Source of the DNA: Azolla caroliniana
Lineage: Eukaryota > Plantae > Polypodiophyta
Direction of reading: 5' to 3'
Assembly (NCBI GenBank): GCA_043228905.1
Contig: JBHGNT010000011.1
Location: 19,840,001-19,904,000 of the forward strand
Length of the DNA: 64,000 bases
Below, in pieces: positions 61,212 through 64,000 of the stretch. The position numbers and the translations under genes are program-made. The first letter of the stretch is position 1, and each line of letters starts with the position of its first letter. The notes beneath the pieces were generated by a model. That model searched no databases. It saw only the letters and a program-made list of their open reading frames with translations, and was not told the DNA's origin.

Positions 61212-62150
61212 TGTCGTGGAGAAAACCGTCCCTAGGTGGAATCGGAGAATGATGTGCGTGAACCGGCCCTTACACGCGGGCACAAGTTTTGTTGTAATGT
61301 ACATATTTAGGTACAAGTTGGCTGATGTGAATATCCTAGGTCGCACGGATTTGATAGGTAGGAGATCGAGGCATATCTCTGTCCGAAAGGACAGAGAATA
61401 AAGATGATGTAACAAGTTGTAACAACCTCCCTCCTTGGGCTATAAAAGAGAGGGAGAGGAATCGTAAAAGGGATCACTTTTGTTGAGAACGAAGTGCTAT
61501 CGGACTGGGACCGAGCTCTTCTCCTCCGTCTTTCTCTGTAATTGCTCTGTGCAGGTTTTCGGGAGGCTGACTCTGCTCCGCGGAACGCCCGAGTGCTTCC
61601 GGTAGAGTCTCCGTCTCGCTCTTCTATGTGCGTGTGCGTAGGCGTAGGAGATTTGTCGCTCACTGGCCTGCCGGTTGTAACCCTTTTTTCATCAGAATAT
61701 ATATATACATATACGCATTCGTCTCATTTCCGTTGTTTCATTCGGTTGCGGTTTCTGTGTATGTGTGTGTGGAAGCATGGCCGAAGGGACAGAGAATAAA
61801 GGTGATGTAACAAGGATGTAACGGCCCACCCTCCGCGGCCTATAAAAAAGGGGAAAGAAAGACGGAGAGAGGTATCGTTTTGGGGAGAAGAGGAGGTGTT
61901 GTCGGACTGGGAATCGAGCACCAATTTCTTGGGTGGACGCCTCTGTTTGTGAGGAAAGCTCGTGTGAGTGTGAGTTTTTGGCGAGGACGTTGGCGTACCG
62001 GTTATAATCTCTGTTTAGTTGTAATCGATTCTTCCTTAGTGTGATCTCTGCTCAATTGCAATCTTCTCTAAATCGTTGTGACTCTCTATCTGGCTTGGTG
62101 TGTTGTCGTGTCATTGTCTGATTCGGCAAGCTATGCGCTTGTCGGCTTTC
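61212..62150 (+). mobile_element. Family-A LTR, chimeric or internally duplicated, 3' end lost
   Basis: Starts TGTCGTGGAGAAAACC. 61212-61775 matches the reverse complement of the 3830-4522 LTR. The block GGACAGAGAATAAAG..TGATGTAACAAG recurs at 61389 and 61787. Confidence 0.8.
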
Positions 62151-62505
62151 GAAGGGCTCACATGGATTCAATGGGGCTTCTGATTTGGGGGCTCATGCAA
62201 TTGAAAGGGCTCTTGTGGATGCTAACACTCTTTTGGCCAAAGCCATGCACTCCAACACAATTACATGATGTCTAATTAAGATGAAGACTTATCATTTTCA
62301 TGGACACCAAACACTATGTTAAGTGTTAGAATATAAAATAAAGAGTAATATTAGGAGAAAAATAAAACATATTATGATAAATAAACCAAGAAATAATTAT
62401 TCCTAAAATACCCCTGTTTTATAAAACGTTTTATAACTACCCTCTCTCTTATATATACATATTGTAACCACTATAATTCTTGTGGTGTGAGAACTACAAC
62501 TATTA

Positions 62506-62508
<3 letters not shown>

Positions 62509-62562
<54 letters not shown>
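62509..62562. repeat. (CT)n microsatellite
   Basis: Pure CT run. Confidence 0.9.
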
Positions 62563-62566
<4 letters not shown>

Positions 62567-62859
62567 GGTGAAAACACACAATTATATTAATAAATGTGTG
62601 TAAAAAACACTACTCACAATAGGTGTGACAATGGATTATGGTCACCCACTAACTACACTACATAAGTAGTGGAACATGTTGAATTGCCAATAGGCAAGAC
62701 GAACACTCCACCAAGGAAAGAATTTCCACTTGCTCCAATAAAGAAAATTGCCACATTAGTACTCCCTTCAACTTTCGTAGATATGCTTTCACTCTATGTC
62801 TACCGTCGAATAAAAAGCATTGCGCATATTCCAATTATGAAGCAATCCCCAATATCTTA

Positions 62860-63382
62860 GAAATAGAAAAATGATCTCCATCTCTGATTTTGGGTCAACC
62901 TGTGTAAATTGAGCAAACACCCACTGTCTAGGTGTCAAATAACACTATGATAGAACTGTTGGGAAACAGGTCCCTCCGGATGGGAAGAGAGAAGAATAGT
63001 GCTGATGAGAAACTTAGCCGAGGCCGATAGGCCGAGGCCGAAACCGGATGAGGAGTACCCTGCTACGGAAGACCCAGTGAGAACCAGATGAGGAGTACCC
63101 GGCTACGGAAGACCCGGTGAGAATCGGATGAGGAGTACCCGACTATGGAAGACCCGGTGAGAACCAGATGAGGAGCACCCGACAAGAGCCGGATGGTGAA
63201 GGCCCAGTGAGAAGTGCTCACCGGATGAAGGGACATATTCGTAAATATGTTTTTGAGAGTCCATCGGGGCTATATTTGTAAATAGCCGAAAAGTTATTTT
63301 AGTATAAATATGACTTAGGGCAAACTTAGTGATGTGGTTTTCATTGTCGTTGTCGCGATTGTGAGAGAGCAACCGTGTACAG

Positions 63383-63413
<31 letters not shown>

Positions 63414-64000
63414 TCGAGATATAGAGAGGTCGTTGCCTCTGTTGTAACCGCCGCCTGTGGCGAAGATCGTGAGCACGAGGTCATTGCCTCCATGAGCTCA
63501 CTGTTGTAATCATTGTGATATAGTGATAGTTTGGAGTCTGTGGACTCCCGTGGTTTTTCCCTCTCAGGGTTTTCCACGTTAATATCCTGTGTATTCTCTT
63601 TTCTTTCTGTACGTGCACTTACCTCCATTCTTTATTTCTTCTGTGTTCGACTGTACAAAGTGATTCACTCTTCGGTTGTAGCCGGAGACTATTCCGCGTA
63701 TTCCTTGACAAGAACTTGCCAAATTTGAGAACTGTAACTCCAAATCCGACAAGCAATCGGACATTGTATAAATTGATGAGTATTATCTTCCATTTGAACA
63801 GTGCAAAAGAAACAATTACCCATTGCTAATCCATGATGCTTTAGAGCTGATCCCAAAGACAACCTTCCAATCAAAACTCTCCAAATAAAGACCTTTGCTA
63901 CAAGTGGCAATTTAGAATGCCAACTACGTTGTAAGATCTGCCACCACCCATGATCAGATTTGTGTAATCTCCATTCTTCTTCAACCTTTGATGATAACCA
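62860..64000 (-). mobile_element. LINE ORF2 3' end (zf-RVT), interrupted by the solo LTR
   Basis: KVFIWRVLIGRL..CFFCTVQMEDNTHQFIQCPIACRIW..QIWQVL. Similar to the 22228-22611 peptide. Confidence 0.8.
62957..63710 (+). mobile_element. Copia solo LTR (754 bp) related to the 17482-18113 LTR
   Basis: TGTTGGGAA...TTGACA termini with perfect TSD AGAAC (62952-62956 and 63711-63715). Shares TCCCTCCGGATGGG and GTGGTTTTTCCC..AGGGTTTTCCACGT with the reverse complement of 17482-18113. Confidence 0.92.

Overview
Repeat-rich land-plant nuclear DNA. It has GT-AG introns, TTTAGGG repeats, and Ty1/copia, Ty3/gypsy, LINE and hAT elements; the TE mix suggests a seedless plant such as a fern (inference only). 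Three + strand host genes are present: an intact 8-exon MATE/DTX transporter (8536-11279, 527 aa), its duplicated and frameshifted paralog (25594-28386), and a 10-exon alpha-dioxygenase (49804-53885, 620 aa). The rest is mostly transposon debris, including a 17-kb nest (30574-47508). There an old copia hosts a solo LTR that carries a gag-only tRNA-Trp-primed LTR element, a near-pristine intact copia (37941-43462) and another solo LTR. Most notable: (i) an LTR lineage with a tRNA-Trp PBS and 4-bp target sites that are CpG-centred at all four insertions here, whose gag-only member has an inverted repeat caging its PPT; (ii) an alpha-DOX with a clean in-frame loss of the conserved YRTADGxxNDP segment but intact catalytic residues; (iii) a MATE duplicate with E->Q at the proton-coupling glutamate plus a 4-bp frameshift. 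All alignments were done by eye; no database searches were run.
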